A program made the translations under genes and the position numbers. The notes under the pieces are model-generated. The model was not told the DNA's origin. It made no database searches and worked only from the letters and a program-made list of their open reading frames with translations. A DNA stretch of 64,000 bases from the IMG/VR virus record IMGVR_UViG_3300034656_000069. One strand, written 5' to 3'. Below, piece after piece: positions 1 through 10,799 of this stretch. The stretch's first letter is position 1. Each line of letters opens with the position of its first letter. The stretch comes from an uncultured virus (IMG/VR IMGVR_UViG_3300034656_000069) (Duplodnaviria; Heunggongvirae; Uroviricota; Caudoviricetes).

Positions 1-16
1 GGAAGAGGAGGAAGGG

Positions 17-371
17 GCACCAGCTGGCGGGCAAACTGGTCGCCCGCCTCGGCTAGGTTCATGCCGGGGGTGCCAGCAGTTGCGGTTTGCTGATCTACCC
101 ACTGGCTAATACCGTTAAACGTGCTGCTCAACTGGTCGTTTATTTGCGCCAGCGAACGGGCATACTCCTGCCCCGCCCGCGTGGCCGCTTGCTGCGCGGC
201 GGCTTCGTCCTCCATGGCCCAAATGCGGCGCTGGGTTTCCTGTAGCAGCGGGTCGATGCCTTGCAGCTCTCGCTCACGCTGCAGGGCCAACGCAGCTTGC
301 TCGTCGCCCATCAGGCCCAAGAGCTGTAGCTGCTGGTCGAATGACTGCTTTTCAAACGCGGCGTAGGCGTT
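17..371. repeat. Direct repeat copy 1 (within tape-measure gene 1)
   Basis: 17-338 reads as identical to 42834-43155; a few synonymous changes to 371; offset 42817; the same 81-aa shadow ORF appears at 121 and 42938. Confidence 0.95.
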
Positions 372-3300
372 ACGCACCTCGTTTTCTAGCGTGCTGATCT
401 CGCCGTTTAGCTGGCTGAGGCGGTCAGCAAACACATCAACGCCGTTGCCAGTTTGCTCAAGCAGGGTTTGCAACCGGTCGAACGGGCCCGCTAGCTGCAG
501 CAGCTGCACATAGTTACGCTGACCCGACTCGGTTAAGCGGTTTTGCTGCTCCACCAGCTGCCGGAAACCCTCATAGGTAGACGGCAGCGCTAGGCCCATG
601 GCACGCAGGCTAGCGGCAACGTCCTGCTGTAAATCAGCGGCGCGCTCGGCATCGCTGAAAAACGCCGTGTAATAGCTGTTCTGCAAGCTGGCGAGCTGAT
701 CCACGCCGCCAGCCATCTGCGCGATGCTATCAGCGGCGCGCAATGCGCCAGCGGCTGAGGCGTCAAACTGCAGGTTGAGGCGGTCGCTACTGGCATCTAA
801 CAACTGCATGGCGTTAGCTGCCTGCACCACACGACCGGTCAACTGTTCGGCATCCAGCCCTAGCCCGCGTAGGGAAGCGGAAAAATCACCATCTAACACA
901 TCGACCACGGCAAGCGTGCGAGTAGCAAGCTGGTTCGCGATCCCGGCGGCATCGCCTGCGTTTAAACGCACAGCCTGGGCGGCGCTGGCCATGGCCTGCG
1001 TTTTCTCTGCGCCGTTGTCTAGGTTGGCGGCTGCCCCCACCAGAGCGTTATCTAGCGCGGTGATGCCGTCTAAAAACGACTTAGCGTTATCGAAGCCGCC
1101 GAAGGTTTCTTCTAAGCGGGCCGTGTTAGGGTCATAAAACCCTACGGTGCCCAGCGCGCCACGGCTGTAAACACCTTCCCCGTAGTTTTCAAACAGGCCG
1201 CGACGCCCTGGGTCCACGTCCTGACCTACGGTGGCTAGCTCGAATTTAGGGGCGGTTTTGCCGCCACCAAACAGGCTGCTAATACCCTTAACGATGCCGT
1301 CAGTAATGCCCAGCCCTAGCACGTTATCGACCAGCAACGCGCCACCTACCCACGGCATGGCGGCGCTGGCGGCACCCATCAGGCCACCACCGCCCGCCGC
1401 TGCCGCGCCAGCAGCTGCGCTGCCAGCAAAGCCGGTATACGTGCCGGTGGCAGCAGCAGCACCAAAGCCGCTTGCATAACCAATCGGTGCGGCGGCTGAG
1501 GCACCAAAGCCCAACGCACTACCAATGCCGCCAATGGCATCGCCCACGTAGGGCAGCTTTTTAGCGCCGTTGTATAGCGAGCTAATGCCGTTAAGGTTGA
1601 AGCCACCACCAGCGCCACCTTGGCCACCCACCCCCGGAATACCCAGCGCGCTCCCCATCTGCTGCGTAAACTGCACAACGATGGGCTTTAGGGTGGCTTG
1701 GTAGGCCAGCTCGGCTAGCAAGCGTTTGAAGCCGTCTAGGAGCTGGTCGGCAAAATCATCGAACGAATCGAACACGCCAGCGAAGGCATCGGCAAAGGTT
1801 TCATCAATGCGGTTGCTGGCCTCTTCCCATGCCCGCGCCATTTCCTGCGCTGCCGGGTCGGCATCGATCGCTAGCTGCTGCATTTCTTCGCGCACCGCGC
1901 CCATCATGCGGGTGTACTTGTTACCGTCAATTTCACCGGCCTGGTACAAGTCGTTAATCTGAGCAATGGCGGCGGTTAGCTGCTCCGCTTTCTGCCGATG
2001 GCTGTCGTACTTGCCCACCAGGGCGGCGGTCTGCTTTTCGTACTCTTCGGCACCCGTGGCGGCGCGCTGGTACTGCTCAGCGCTCCAGCGCACCGCTTCG
2101 CCATAGGCTTCTTCGCTAATCGTGCCTTCGGCCAGGGCGCGATCCAGCACCGCTAGGCGTTCGATGTATTCCGCGTGGTCAGCCAGAAGCGGGTCCATCT
2201 CCTGCTGTAAGCCTACTAAGGCTTTGGCTTGGGCTTCGGCGGCTTGCTGGGCCTTGCGGGCGGCAGCTTCGGCGGCGTCGCCCACGCTGGTGATGGTGGG
2301 GGTTACCTCTCGGTTACGCTCGCCTAGCTTGCCTAAACGAGTTTCTACCAGCGCAATAGCAGCTTCTAGGTTCGCGGCTTCCTGCTGGGTTTCATTACTG
2401 GTTGCCCCTAGCTCACGAACGGCATCGGTTTGTGCGGTAACGTCTACGCCTAAGAAACCGCCGCCACCATCGCCCTCTATCTGCCCTACCTTGGTGATCT
2501 CTTGGGCGGTAGCCTCTGCCTGAGCGCGCACCTCGGCTAATCGGCCCACTAGGCTTGTGAGCGTTAGCTGTGCGGCGGCCTCATTCATGTTATCTAGGCC
2601 AGCGGTCAGCTTATCCACCGCCGTAGTATTGGCGTCAATTTGCGGGATGGTTAAGCCAAGCTCTTCGCGGAAGGCATAAATGCCCGCGCCAGCCAGCACC
2701 GCCGCACCCAACGGCCCACCCACCAACGCCAGCGCACCACTTAGGGCTCGACTCGCTCCTGCCATGCCTTGCGCGACCACTGAGGCTCGCCCCATAGCAG
2801 CGCTATTCGCATTCACAGCAGCAGTATGTGCAGCCTCAGCAGCGATAGCACGCTGGTTAGCTGCAGCCATTTGGGTGATGGCTTTCGTGCGTAGCGTTGT
2901 GTTGCCTGTGGCGATGGCAATAGCTCTAGCGCTCTCAAATGCTCTTTGAGCCGCTAACTGCTCTGACTGAGCAATACGCAACGTTTCAGCTGTGCGCTTG
3001 GCATTGGCCGCTGAGGCTGCAGCATCGGCTAATCTGGCACTACGGTCAGCACTCAATTTTGCCAAGGTAGCAGCGGTAGCCGTTGCCATTGAGCTAGCAA
3101 GACGACCACCCAACAGGCCAGAAACTAACAGCGTGCCCGTAGCTACCTTATCAACCACCTCGCTCATGCCACCAAGGTCACCTACTAGCTCTTGGGTGCC
3201 TTGCGACATAGCCACAATGGATGGGGCGAAGTTAGCCGCAACAGTCGTCGCAAAGCCATTGGCTAACTCATTGAGTTCATTTAATGCTTGATTGGCGCTC

Positions 3301-3977
3301 TCAATGCTGTCTACATCGGATTGAGGAATTGAAACGCCTATCCGATCAGCAATATCGAGCTGCTCACGCAATAGCTCAGCGTTGTTTTCTAGTAGCGGCA
3401 AGAGCAGGGTAGCGTCATTACCCAGACCTTCGATAAAGGCGATTTTAGCGCCACGGTTGCCCACCTCATCAAACGCATTCGCCACCGCCAGCAGCTGCTT
3501 GTCGGGGCTTAAATCCATCAGGTCGCGAATGTTGAGGTTAAGCACCTCGAACAGATCGGCAGCTTCACCACCGCCCGTGTTCACAAAGTCGCCAATCTTC
3601 TCAGCGGTATCTTTGAAAATATCGCCAATCGCGCCCGACTGCATGCCTGCCGCTTTCGCGGCAAATTCCCATTGCTGCAGAGTTTGCACGCTTACGCCCA
3701 CGGCACGGGCAAACGCGGCCTGTTCGGCAATGTTACGGGTTTGGCTAACCACCATGGCACCCGTGGCAGCGGTGGCGGCAGCGGTGACCGTGGCCAAGCG
3801 CTGGGCGTGCATGCTCACGCTTTCAAAGCTGGCCGCCATCTCTTCGCTTCGGCGTTCTGTGTTTTCTATCTCACGCGCTAAATCTGAGTTAGCGCGCTGC
3901 AAATCACGCGACGCCTGCACCGCGCTAGTGCTGTCGCCTTTAATAACAAACTCAGTGGTATAGCGACGTGATGACAT
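17..3977 (-). CDS. Tape measure protein of element 1, 3' part runs off the window
   Basis: ATG at 3977 after GAGGT RBS, MSSRRYTTEFVIKGDS..., Ala-rich; shares EMARAWEEASNRIDETFADAF...FKRLLAELAYQATLKPIV with the 1993-aa TMP; absent from the ORF track, presumably because it has no stop in the window. Confidence 0.85.
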
Positions 3978-4003
3978 GGCGGCTTACCTCAAATTACGGG
4001 CAC

Positions 4004-4031
4004 AAAAAAGCCCGCACATGGCGGGCCTTTT
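4004..4031. terminator. Intrinsic terminator after the moron genes
   Basis: AAAAAAGCCCGC-ACATG-GCGGGCCTTTT. Confidence 0.7.
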
Positions 4032-4050
4032 CGATTATGGAAATTAAAAA

Positions 4051-4419
4051 TTAATCTTTACCGATACTCTCGGTTCTGCTTACTTGCTCTTCTATACGCC
4101 TTTGTTTCTCTAACGCTTTTTTCTCTCTTCTTCTCTTTTGATCAGCATTCGCCTTTTCTATCTGACGGTGTATATCATTGTCACTATAACTTGCACGCCT
4201 ACTGTGGCTTGAATTAAAAACGGACAACCAAACACCAAATGCAGCAATGGCGATTGCTGCTGCAAATCCTCCCATGACCGTTGGCCAGCCATAGATGCCC
4301 GCCGCCACAAACAACAGAATACAGGCAAAAAAACCTGAAATGACTTTCATCACTCCAGGCAGTAGCCCGGTGGCATACAGCAGCACCACCAAGATTAGAA
4401 ACAGCAGCAACACCACCAT
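4051..4419 (-). CDS. Small membrane protein (moron)
   Basis: Three hydrophobic segments, charged C-terminal tail, AT-richer insert in the tail operon. Confidence 0.65.
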   Translation of the reverse strand: MVVLLLFLILVVLLYATGLLPGVMKVISGFFACILLFVAAGIYGWPTVMGGFAAAIAIAAFGVWLSVFNSSHSRRASYSDNDIHRQIEKANADQKRRREKKALEKQRRIEEQVSRTESIGKD

Positions 4420-4537
4420 GACAGCCCCCTAGCGTTATTTATTGGCAAATGTCCAATATCAAATTAACGCAGTTAATGGGGCTTGGGTAAAGGGCACTAC
4501 CGATGCATTACCTCCAAAGCCCACCTTTTAAAAACGC

Positions 4538-5920
4538 TCAGCCTCCTAGCTTGGCAAGCAAGCGACTAATTAAACCGGGCTTTTTAACGGCTTCTGGCTT
4601 TGAAGGTTCTTCGGTGATTGCCTTAGCAGTGTCATGTTGAGCATGTTCAAATGGTGGCGGGCTAACGGTTTTGTTGGCTGGCTTTGCGTTCAATTGCACA
4701 AGCGCTTGCCGCAAATCATCTACCCTAGTGAACTCGCGAGGGTCTACCAGCTCGCCCGTCGCAGGGCTTACCATGCCACCCTTGATACGATCCACCATAA
4801 ACATCTTCATGCCTTGGCTCTTTAAGCACATGCCTTTCAGGAATACGCGCCCGCCCTTAGTAAACACCCGCTCAATTTGCACATGCCTTTCTTTAGGGGC
4901 CGAATCCCGCTCGCCCTGGTATTTGAAAAGCACCTCTATCGGCTCGTCAAAGTCATTTGCCGACCAAGTGCTTTCACTCTTTAAAGTCGCTGGCTTGGGT
5001 GGCTGAGGTGTAGGCGTGACACGGGGCTGCTCGACAGTTTGCTTTGGCACTGATATTTCTAAGCGAGCCGTAGGCACAGACGTTTCTTTCCAATCATCGG
5101 GTTCGAACGAATCGCTAGACGAAACCTTCTTCCTAACCCTACGATCACGCACGGCAGCCGCCGCAGGCGCTCCACCATGCGAACTTATGATGCCAGGGAA
5201 CCAAGGCCACTCGTAGGTAGGCCATTCCCTAATAAGCCCTGCCCAAACGTTGTATTGGTAGTAATAAGGGTGGTTGTCGATTTCGCCGCTCAAAACGAAC
5301 ACCATATTAGTGACCGTTTCTTTTAATGCGGCTTCAAGCCCATCGCCCGGCAAAAAATCATGGGTAGGCGGCATTTTCTCTGGATTAACCAGCGCAAAGG
5401 CGGCTAAATCACTGGCTAAATCTGCCTTCTTACCCTTTGGCTCCAGGCCGCATCCTATCATCAACGCCTTTAGCTCTGGCACCGTGTGGCCACGCATAAG
5501 CAGTGACAACCAATCCTCTTTTGCTGAAGGCGTCCATCGACGGATAAGATTTAGCTTTAGGGCTTGGTGCGTCTGCTGCTCAGAAAGGCTGAGAGACATA
5601 GATTCGTCATCATCCCCCATTAACAACAGCTCTTCGAGATCCGAGTAATGCCCCTTGAAACAGTAGAGATCACCAAGCGTTTCTTTAGTTGCGCGGTTAA
5701 AAGCGGAATCCACCTCCTCAACTTCTAGCTCATGAGCATATTCATCGTTAAAAAACTGCTTGAATATTGGCTCAGCCTCTTCCATCAACAAGCCTTTTAA
5801 ATCCTCTCGCATGCTGGTGAGGTCAGTTACATCTTTAATTTTTATCGGGCTTTTCGTGATCGACAGCTTTTTAGGCTTGAAGCGGCCTGTCTGAGGATCT
5901 TCATACAGTGACAAATCCAT
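4538..5920 (-). CDS. Moron protein with SAP-like motif and C-terminal WYL-like domain
   Basis: TVPELKALMIGCGLEPKGKKADLASDL (SAP-like); FKYQGERD..ERHVQIERV..FLKGMCLKSQGMKMFMVDRI (WYL-like); ATG 5920 after AAGGAG. Confidence 0.6.
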   Translation of the reverse strand: MDLSLYEDPQTGRFKPKKLSITKSPIKIKDVTDLTSMREDLKGLLMEEAEPIFKQFFNDEYAHELEVEEVDSAFNRATKETLGDLYCFKGHYSDLEELLLMGDDDESMSLSLSEQQTHQALKLNLIRRWTPSAKEDWLSLLMRGHTVPELKALMIGCGLEPKGKKADLASDLAAFALVNPEKMPPTHDFLPGDGLEAALKETVTNMVFVLSGEIDNHPYYYQYNVWAGLIREWPTYEWPWFPGIISSHGGAPAAAAVRDRRVRKKVSSSDSFEPDDWKETSVPTARLEISVPKQTVEQPRVTPTPQPPKPATLKSESTWSANDFDEPIEVLFKYQGERDSAPKERHVQIERVFTKGGRVFLKGMCLKSQGMKMFMVDRIKGGMVSPATGELVDPREFTRVDDLRQALVQLNAKPANKTVSPPPFEHAQHDTAKAITEEPSKPEAVKKPGLISRLLAKLGG

Positions 5921-5991
5921 GCTCCTTCCCCTTGTTATGGTTCCCGAGAAAACCATAAAGGAGCATTACCAGCTTTGCTAATTTTCTTTTA

Positions 5992-6336
5992 TCACCGCCG
6001 CATCACCTCCAACGCCCCCGCCTCAATATGCTGGATTTTGCGCAGCGTGCCGCGCATATCGTCTACCTCTAGCATACGCATCGTGCTTTCAAGCTGTGTG
6101 CGTTCGATGCCCATGGGTATGGGGTTGCCCATGGGCGGGGTCAGGTAGCGCCACTGGCTGGCACAATCACGGAACACGTCAAACGCGGTGGCGTTCTCCG
6201 GCCACACCACGATGCGTTCAGGCGTTTTATAACGCTCGGGGATGGTGATTCCCCAAGCGTCTAGGTCGCTTTTCAGCTCGTTTTTCGTGCCACCTTGAGC
6301 GCCCGCCCAAGCGCGCCCAAGGTCGTTTAGTTTTTT
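5992..6336 (-). CDS. Tail assembly chaperone frameshift extension (gpT-like, DUF1799-like)
   Basis: -1 frame of the upstream chaperone; VVWPEN..FDVF..ASQWRY motif; slippery A AAA AAC at 6336-6330. Confidence 0.7.
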   Translation of the reverse strand, partial: KKLNDLGRAWAGAQGGTKNELKSDLDAWGITIPERYKTPERIVVWPENATAFDVFRDCASQWRYLTPPMGNPIPMGIERTQLESTMRMLEVDDMRGTLRKIQHIEAGALEVMRR

Positions 6337-6671
6337 GCGGTCAGCTCCGGCATGCCCTGCTGCACTTGGTTCCAAGCGCGTACGCAGCCCATCAACACGT
6401 AGGGGTCTTTCAGCAGCTTCTCTTTCATCTCGTCGGTGACTTCCATCGGCTTGCCGTTTTTATCGGCAAAGCCGTCAAGGCTGACGACATCCTCTTTCAC
6501 GTGGTCGAAGCCTTTAACTTCGCCGTTCTGCTGTTTTTGGTGCAGGGCGTCTTGCTCGTCCAGATCCCGCACGCGGATCTCGGCGGTAAACTCTTCTTCT
6601 TCGCGGCCTGGGCGCTTAATGGAAACGGTTTTGAATACGGTGGCAAGGCCAATCACAAATGCTGCAGCCAT
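6327..6671 (-). CDS. Tail assembly chaperone (gpG-like)
   Basis: Lies between tail tube and TMP; ends GCA AAA AAC TAA. Confidence 0.75.
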   Translation of the reverse strand: MAAAFVIGLATVFKTVSIKRPGREEEEFTAEIRVRDLDEQDALHQKQQNGEVKGFDHVKEDVVSLDGFADKNGKPMEVTDEMKEKLLKDPYVLMGCVRAWNQVQQGMPELTAKN

Positions 6672-6791
6672 GGGGTAACTCTCCTGGGGTTTGATTTTCA
6701 GAACGCTAGAAACGACGACGCCCGCATTTAGCGGGCGTGGCGTCGTTATTTTTTATCGTGAACTTGTCACAGCAATTTAAAGTGCGTGGGT

Positions 6792-7754
6792 TTACTTGAA
6801 GTAGAGCACCAGCTCGTCGTCACCGTCTAACGGCAAGAATCTAGCATCGCACTGGTAGTGGGTAATGCCGTCGCTGTCCTGCTCGCTCATACCAGCTAGC
6901 TGCACATTAGGGGCGCGCAGTCCAACGATGTTGCCGGGCACCGTGCCATGCTCAAACGACACCGCGCCCGTGGTCACTACTTCGTGGGACTCTACCTTCT
7001 GGTAAACATCAAACTCGGCAATACGCGGTGCCTGAAACGCTACCTGCCCAGTGGGCTGGCTGTCGGTAATATGCACGCCCTCGTAGTTGGGCAAGTTGCG
7101 GTAGGTGACGGTGTTAGCCAGGTCAAAATTAAGATTTTGACCAATCGCCTCATAGCCAAGCACGGTAAAGGTGCTGGTGTTTTGGAAATTCACCGGCACT
7201 TCATCGGCTTGGTTTTCGGTCGTCAGCGTGATGGGCGCAACGGCGGTGGGCCGCTCATATAGCCCGGTCATGGTGAACGATAGCGTGGGCAACCCTGCCG
7301 ACTGCCCTGCACCGGTGACCGTCCCGCGCACGCCTTTAATGCACTGCTGCTGGCCATCGTGCAGGTAGTAAATAGTGACGGAATCGCCTTCTTCACTGGT
7401 GCGGGTGTAGGTCACCTCGCCCACGTCTACATCTTCCACTTCCTGCATTTGACAGGCACGCAGCAACAAACCAAGCGCCGGGGCGGTGGCCGATGTAGCC
7501 GCCACCGGGGCAGTACCGCTGCCGCTCCACGGCACGGTGAGCTGCAGCTGCGTGTTGGGGCCGGTGTTGATTTGTGCAAACCCGCCCAGCTCTGGGCGCA
7601 TCCGGGTACGCTCTACCGTGTTGCCTTGGTAGGGCGTAGGGGTTAGCTCGGTTACCAGCATCAACACGCCCTCTGAGATTGGGGGCGCGACGCCGTAGGT
7701 GGTTTCTAGGCACACCACGGCGGCTTTCTTACGCGTCAGTAGCGGCGTTGACAT
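6792..7754 (-). CDS. Tail tube (major tail) protein
   Basis: LLTRKK..LETTYG N-terminus, beta-rich, directly upstream of the chaperones. Confidence 0.75.
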   Translation of the reverse strand: MSTPLLTRKKAAVVCLETTYGVAPPISEGVLMLVTELTPTPYQGNTVERTRMRPELGGFAQINTGPNTQLQLTVPWSGSGTAPVAATSATAPALGLLLRACQMQEVEDVDVGEVTYTRTSEEGDSVTIYYLHDGQQQCIKGVRGTVTGAGQSAGLPTLSFTMTGLYERPTAVAPITLTTENQADEVPVNFQNTSTFTVLGYEAIGQNLNFDLANTVTYRNLPNYEGVHITDSQPTGQVAFQAPRIAEFDVYQKVESHEVVTTGAVSFEHGTVPGNIVGLRAPNVQLAGMSEQDSDGITHYQCDARFLPLDGDDELVLYFK

Positions 7755-7959
7755 CGCTATCACCTTTCACGGGGGCTTTGGTTTTCGCGCTGCCAGGGGC
7801 GACGGCAGGCGCGGCGGTGGGGGCTACGGCAGTGCGCTTGGCGTCTACCGTGCTGGGGTGGGCATCGTGTGCGCCGTAGCGCTGCTGTTTGGCTGGCTCG
7901 CTCACGCGCTCCAGCTTGCCGTTTTGGCGGCGAAACTTGCCGCCTTGCTTTGTGGCCAT
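7729..7959 (-). CDS. Small hypothetical protein
   Basis: ATG after GGAGG; basic, Ala/Pro-rich. Confidence 0.45.
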   Translation of the reverse strand: MATKQGGKFRRQNGKLERVSEPAKQQRYGAHDAHPSTVDAKRTAVAPTAAPAVAPGSAKTKAPVKGDSDVNAATDA

Positions 7960-8010
7960 ATTTCCTCCGGGCATTAAAAAACCCGCACGGTGGCGGGGCT
8001 TGGTGTGGGG

Positions 8011-8439
8011 TTAGATGGTGACGGTGCGCTGCCGCCCTGCGGTGAGGGCGTTAGGCGTGGTGAGCTTCCAGTATTCCCGCCACCAGACGTAGCGCCCGCG
8101 TATCTCTACCATTTGCCCCGTGTGAAACGACATCACCCCGCTGCTGCCGGGGGGCTGCCAGCCAAACAGGGCGTTGCGCACCTCTTGGCGTTGGGCGCGG
8201 AACACATCGCCGCTTTCGCAAATGATGAACACGCCGTAAACCTGCGTTGCGGCTTGCCGCTGGCTTAGCTCGTTGACGCCTTCGCCCGCATCCTCCGCTA
8301 GGTAGGGGTAGGCGGCGGGGGTTTCTGCGCTATAGTCGTCTACCGGCTCGCTGAACCACGCTTCGTCTACCGTGGCAAAACCAGGGCACAGCGCCCTAAT
8401 GCGCTCTTCCAGCGCTGGGGTAATGTCGTAGTCCTGCAT
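8011..8439 (-). CDS. Tail terminator/completion protein
   Basis: Position and VRNALFGWQP motif. Confidence 0.65.
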   Translation of the reverse strand: MQDYDITPALEERIRALCPGFATVDEAWFSEPVDDYSAETPAAYPYLAEDAGEGVNELSQRQAATQVYGVFIICESGDVFRAQRQEVRNALFGWQPPGSSGVMSFHTGQMVEIRGRYVWWREYWKLTTPNALTAGRQRTVTI

Positions 8440-8446
8440 GGGTGCC

Positions 8447-9028
8447 TCACTTTTTCTGGCCTAGCAGGTAGTCCATGCGCCCGCTGAACTGCCGGGGCAG
8501 ATCCTCACGCACCATCTCTTGCGCGCTGTTGATCACACTTTCATGGGCCACCATGCCGGGGATTGAGGGGCCGAACTGTATGCGCGGGTCACTGGCGTTA
8601 TCCGCTTTATCGGCCCGGCGCAAAATGCGGCCCTTGGCGTACCAGCCGCCCTTGATCAGCTGCCGCCCGGTGTCTTTACGCACTAGCACGCTGGCACCAC
8701 GCCGCCGGGTTTTGTACTGGTTACCCCGGCGGCTGGTGGCCACCACCACGCGGGCGCGGGTGGTTTTGGGCTTGAACTGATCCAACGGCAAGCGCCGCCC
8801 CACGTACAGCAGCGAGCGCGACGCATCCCGCCGCGCCCGGTCGATACGAAGACGCTTTTTAATCTCCCCCGCCGTAATGTAGTAGTCGTCGCGCACTTCG
8901 CGTGAAATGAACGTAGCAGCTTTAGCCTGGGTGCGGTCTAACGCTTGGCTAAACGCCTTTTCCACTAGCTTGGGGTCATAGCGATTCTTGAGCGCCTGTA
9001 GCTGGTTAATGTCGTATTCGTAGCGCAT
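8447..9028 (-). CDS. Minor tail protein, lambda gpZ-like
   Basis: Basic; KAFSQALDRT..ISREVR and FGPSIP motifs; position. Confidence 0.65.
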   Translation of the reverse strand: MRYEYDINQLQALKNRYDPKLVEKAFSQALDRTQAKAATFISREVRDDYYITAGEIKKRLRIDRARRDASRSLLYVGRRLPLDQFKPKTTRARVVVATSRRGNQYKTRRRGASVLVRKDTGRQLIKGGWYAKGRILRRADKADNASDPRIQFGPSIPGMVAHESVINSAQEMVREDLPRQFSGRMDYLLGQKK

Positions 9029-9333
9029 TACACCACCTCGATACGCACAAACGCGCCGTCGTCCTCCACCGGCCCGTTATAGCGCCAGCGTTTGCCCTCT
9101 ACGGTGAACTCAGCGCGCCGGTCTACATCGCCCACCATGGCCACCGGCAGCAGCAGGGTTTTCACCCTACGGCCTATGCCGTTCTCGTCGATCACTTCAA
9201 ACTCGTTATCGAACTGATAGGGAACGTCGAGCACGTCCGGCCCGGTGCCGGGGTGGTAGGTGCAAAGGCCGTCGCTGAGGTGCTTCACAACCGCCTCATT
9301 GAGACGGTTGGCGTACTGGTCAAAGAAGGCCAT
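9028..9333 (-). CDS. Head-tail joining protein
   Basis: 101 aa directly after the capsid gene. Confidence 0.6.
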   Translation of the reverse strand: MAFFDQYANRLNEAVVKHLSDGLCTYHPGTGPDVLDVPYQFDNEFEVIDENGIGRRVKTLLLPVAMVGDVDRRAEFTVEGKRWRYNGPVEDDGAFVRIEVV

Positions 9334-9340
9334 AGGGCAC

Positions 9341-10345
9341 CTATGGGACGGTAGCGCCAGAGACTAGCTTGATGCTGGCTTTCGGGCGGGTGTTGAGGTG
9401 CGCCGGGTTAGACTGCGCTTCCAGCTCTACGCCTTTGCCGTGCGGCAAGCGCTCGGATGAGCTGTAAAACGGAAGACCCAGCGTGTTGACCGTATCGCCA
9501 TAGTCACCCGGTGCGAAGCGGCTCAAGAAAAGCTCTTCGCTACCCATGGGGAACGCGTAGGCTTCTTCATCAGCGATAAACTTTGTCGTCCCTACGGTGC
9601 CCCGGTAGCGCTCCCACATCAGACCGCCAAACGGGAACGCTTCGCGACCATCGGCGCGCAAACGAGAGCCGTTTTCCCAGCGTTCATAAGCCGTTTTGAC
9701 CGCCTTGTGAGTGATGAACTTGCGCCAGAAATTCTTCCCACATAGCACCGTCGCACCATCGAAGAACAAGTCCCCAAGCCCCTGCTCCATGGCTTCGAGA
9801 ATATCCAGGCACTTGCCTTGCAGCTCAGTGGCGGCGGTGCCTAAATCCATGGGCACCACGGTCTGAGTCATTCCAAAGGCTTGGAACAGGTCATAAAGCA
9901 CCGCGCCGTTGGCATCGATCACTTGCCCTTTCACAGCACCCACCCGATGGAACTCATGGGTCACGTCAATGCGGCGGGCCATCTTGGCCAAGCGGTTATT
10001 GATCACTACCTGCAGCTGTTCGGCGCTGTCTTGTGAGCCAAAGGCACGCACGCCCTGCACTTCATCGGCCAGGATGGTAGCTCGCGTTGGCAGGTGCGCC
10101 GTCATAAAGGGCACGCCGGTACGCTTGGAGCCTGCCACGACTTGGCCAACGCCGCCGCGCGGCTTGTTTTCCACCAGCGCCAGCTTATCGCCGTCTTTCT
10201 CAATGACGACTTGTGTAGTGGTAATGCCTTGGGCGTCAAATACGCCCATCTCGCCAAGGCGGCGGGGGGCGTATTCCACTTCGTTAATGGATGCGGTTAG
10301 GGATTTAAGGCTAAACGCATCGCTTTCAAAAATACTTCCAGGCAT
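9341..10345 (-). CDS. Major capsid protein, lambda gpE family
   Basis: F..DAFSL.SLT.SIN start, FAPGDYGDTVNTLGLPFY and EAQSNPAHLNTRP end. Confidence 0.9.
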   Translation of the reverse strand: MPGSIFESDAFSLKSLTASINEVEYAPRRLGEMGVFDAQGITTTQVVIEKDGDKLALVENKPRGGVGQVVAGSKRTGVPFMTAHLPTRATILADEVQGVRAFGSQDSAEQLQVVINNRLAKMARRIDVTHEFHRVGAVKGQVIDANGAVLYDLFQAFGMTQTVVPMDLGTAATELQGKCLDILEAMEQGLGDLFFDGATVLCGKNFWRKFITHKAVKTAYERWENGSRLRADGREAFPFGGLMWERYRGTVGTTKFIADEEAYAFPMGSEELFLSRFAPGDYGDTVNTLGLPFYSSSERLPHGKGVELEAQSNPAHLNTRPKASIKLVSGATVP

Positions 10346-10396
10346 GGGGTGCCTCTCTCAATAAGGGGTGTACAGGTGGTTTAGCAGTGCGTGGCG

Positions 10397-10762
10397 TTAA
10401 TCGCGGACGATCACGCCACGGCTTACCAGATCGTTAGTGCCTGCGGTAATGGCGGCCTCGTCGGCACCCTCTGGCCAGCCCAGCAGCGCGCCGTGAACCT
10501 CGCAGGCGCGGACATGCACGGTAATCGGCTGCGGGGCTTCGGTGGCATCGGCTGCACCGTAAAGCACGGCTTTGGCTACCTCTGTGCCATCGGTGGCGGT
10601 AGGCGCTAGCGGCACGTAGTCGCCTGCGCCGTTGAGCGCCAGCACAGCACCCGCTGGCAGGTTGCCACTGGCCAGGGTGCCCACTTCACGGGAACGGGCA
10701 CCATTGGCTTCTGATAAAACGTGTTCACCCGTACGGGTGCCTTCGGTGTAGGTCGTTGGCAT
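10397..10762 (-). CDS. Head decoration protein (gpD-like)
   Basis: SEANGARSRE, DGTEVAKAVLY; between protease and capsid. Confidence 0.85.
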   Translation of the reverse strand: MPTTYTEGTRTGEHVLSEANGARSREVGTLASGNLPAGAVLALNGAGDYVPLAPTATDGTEVAKAVLYGAADATEAPQPITVHVRACEVHGALLGWPEGADEAAITAGTNDLVSRGVIVRD

Positions 10763-10799
10763 GGGAATGCTCCAAGGTTGGGGTTACACCATCACAGGC

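Noticed and set aside
1..16. Purine-only start GGAAGAGGAGGAAGGG that breaks the TMP repeat match
   Set aside because: Too short to interpret; may be a contig-end artefact rather than an att site
1676..1845. Similarity to ~44397-44568
   Set aside because: Diverged at synonymous sites; ordinary TMP homology, not a recent duplication
121..3963. Many plus-strand ORFs in the track
   Set aside because: Antisense shadows of the minus-strand TMP; the same applies to shadows over other structural genes
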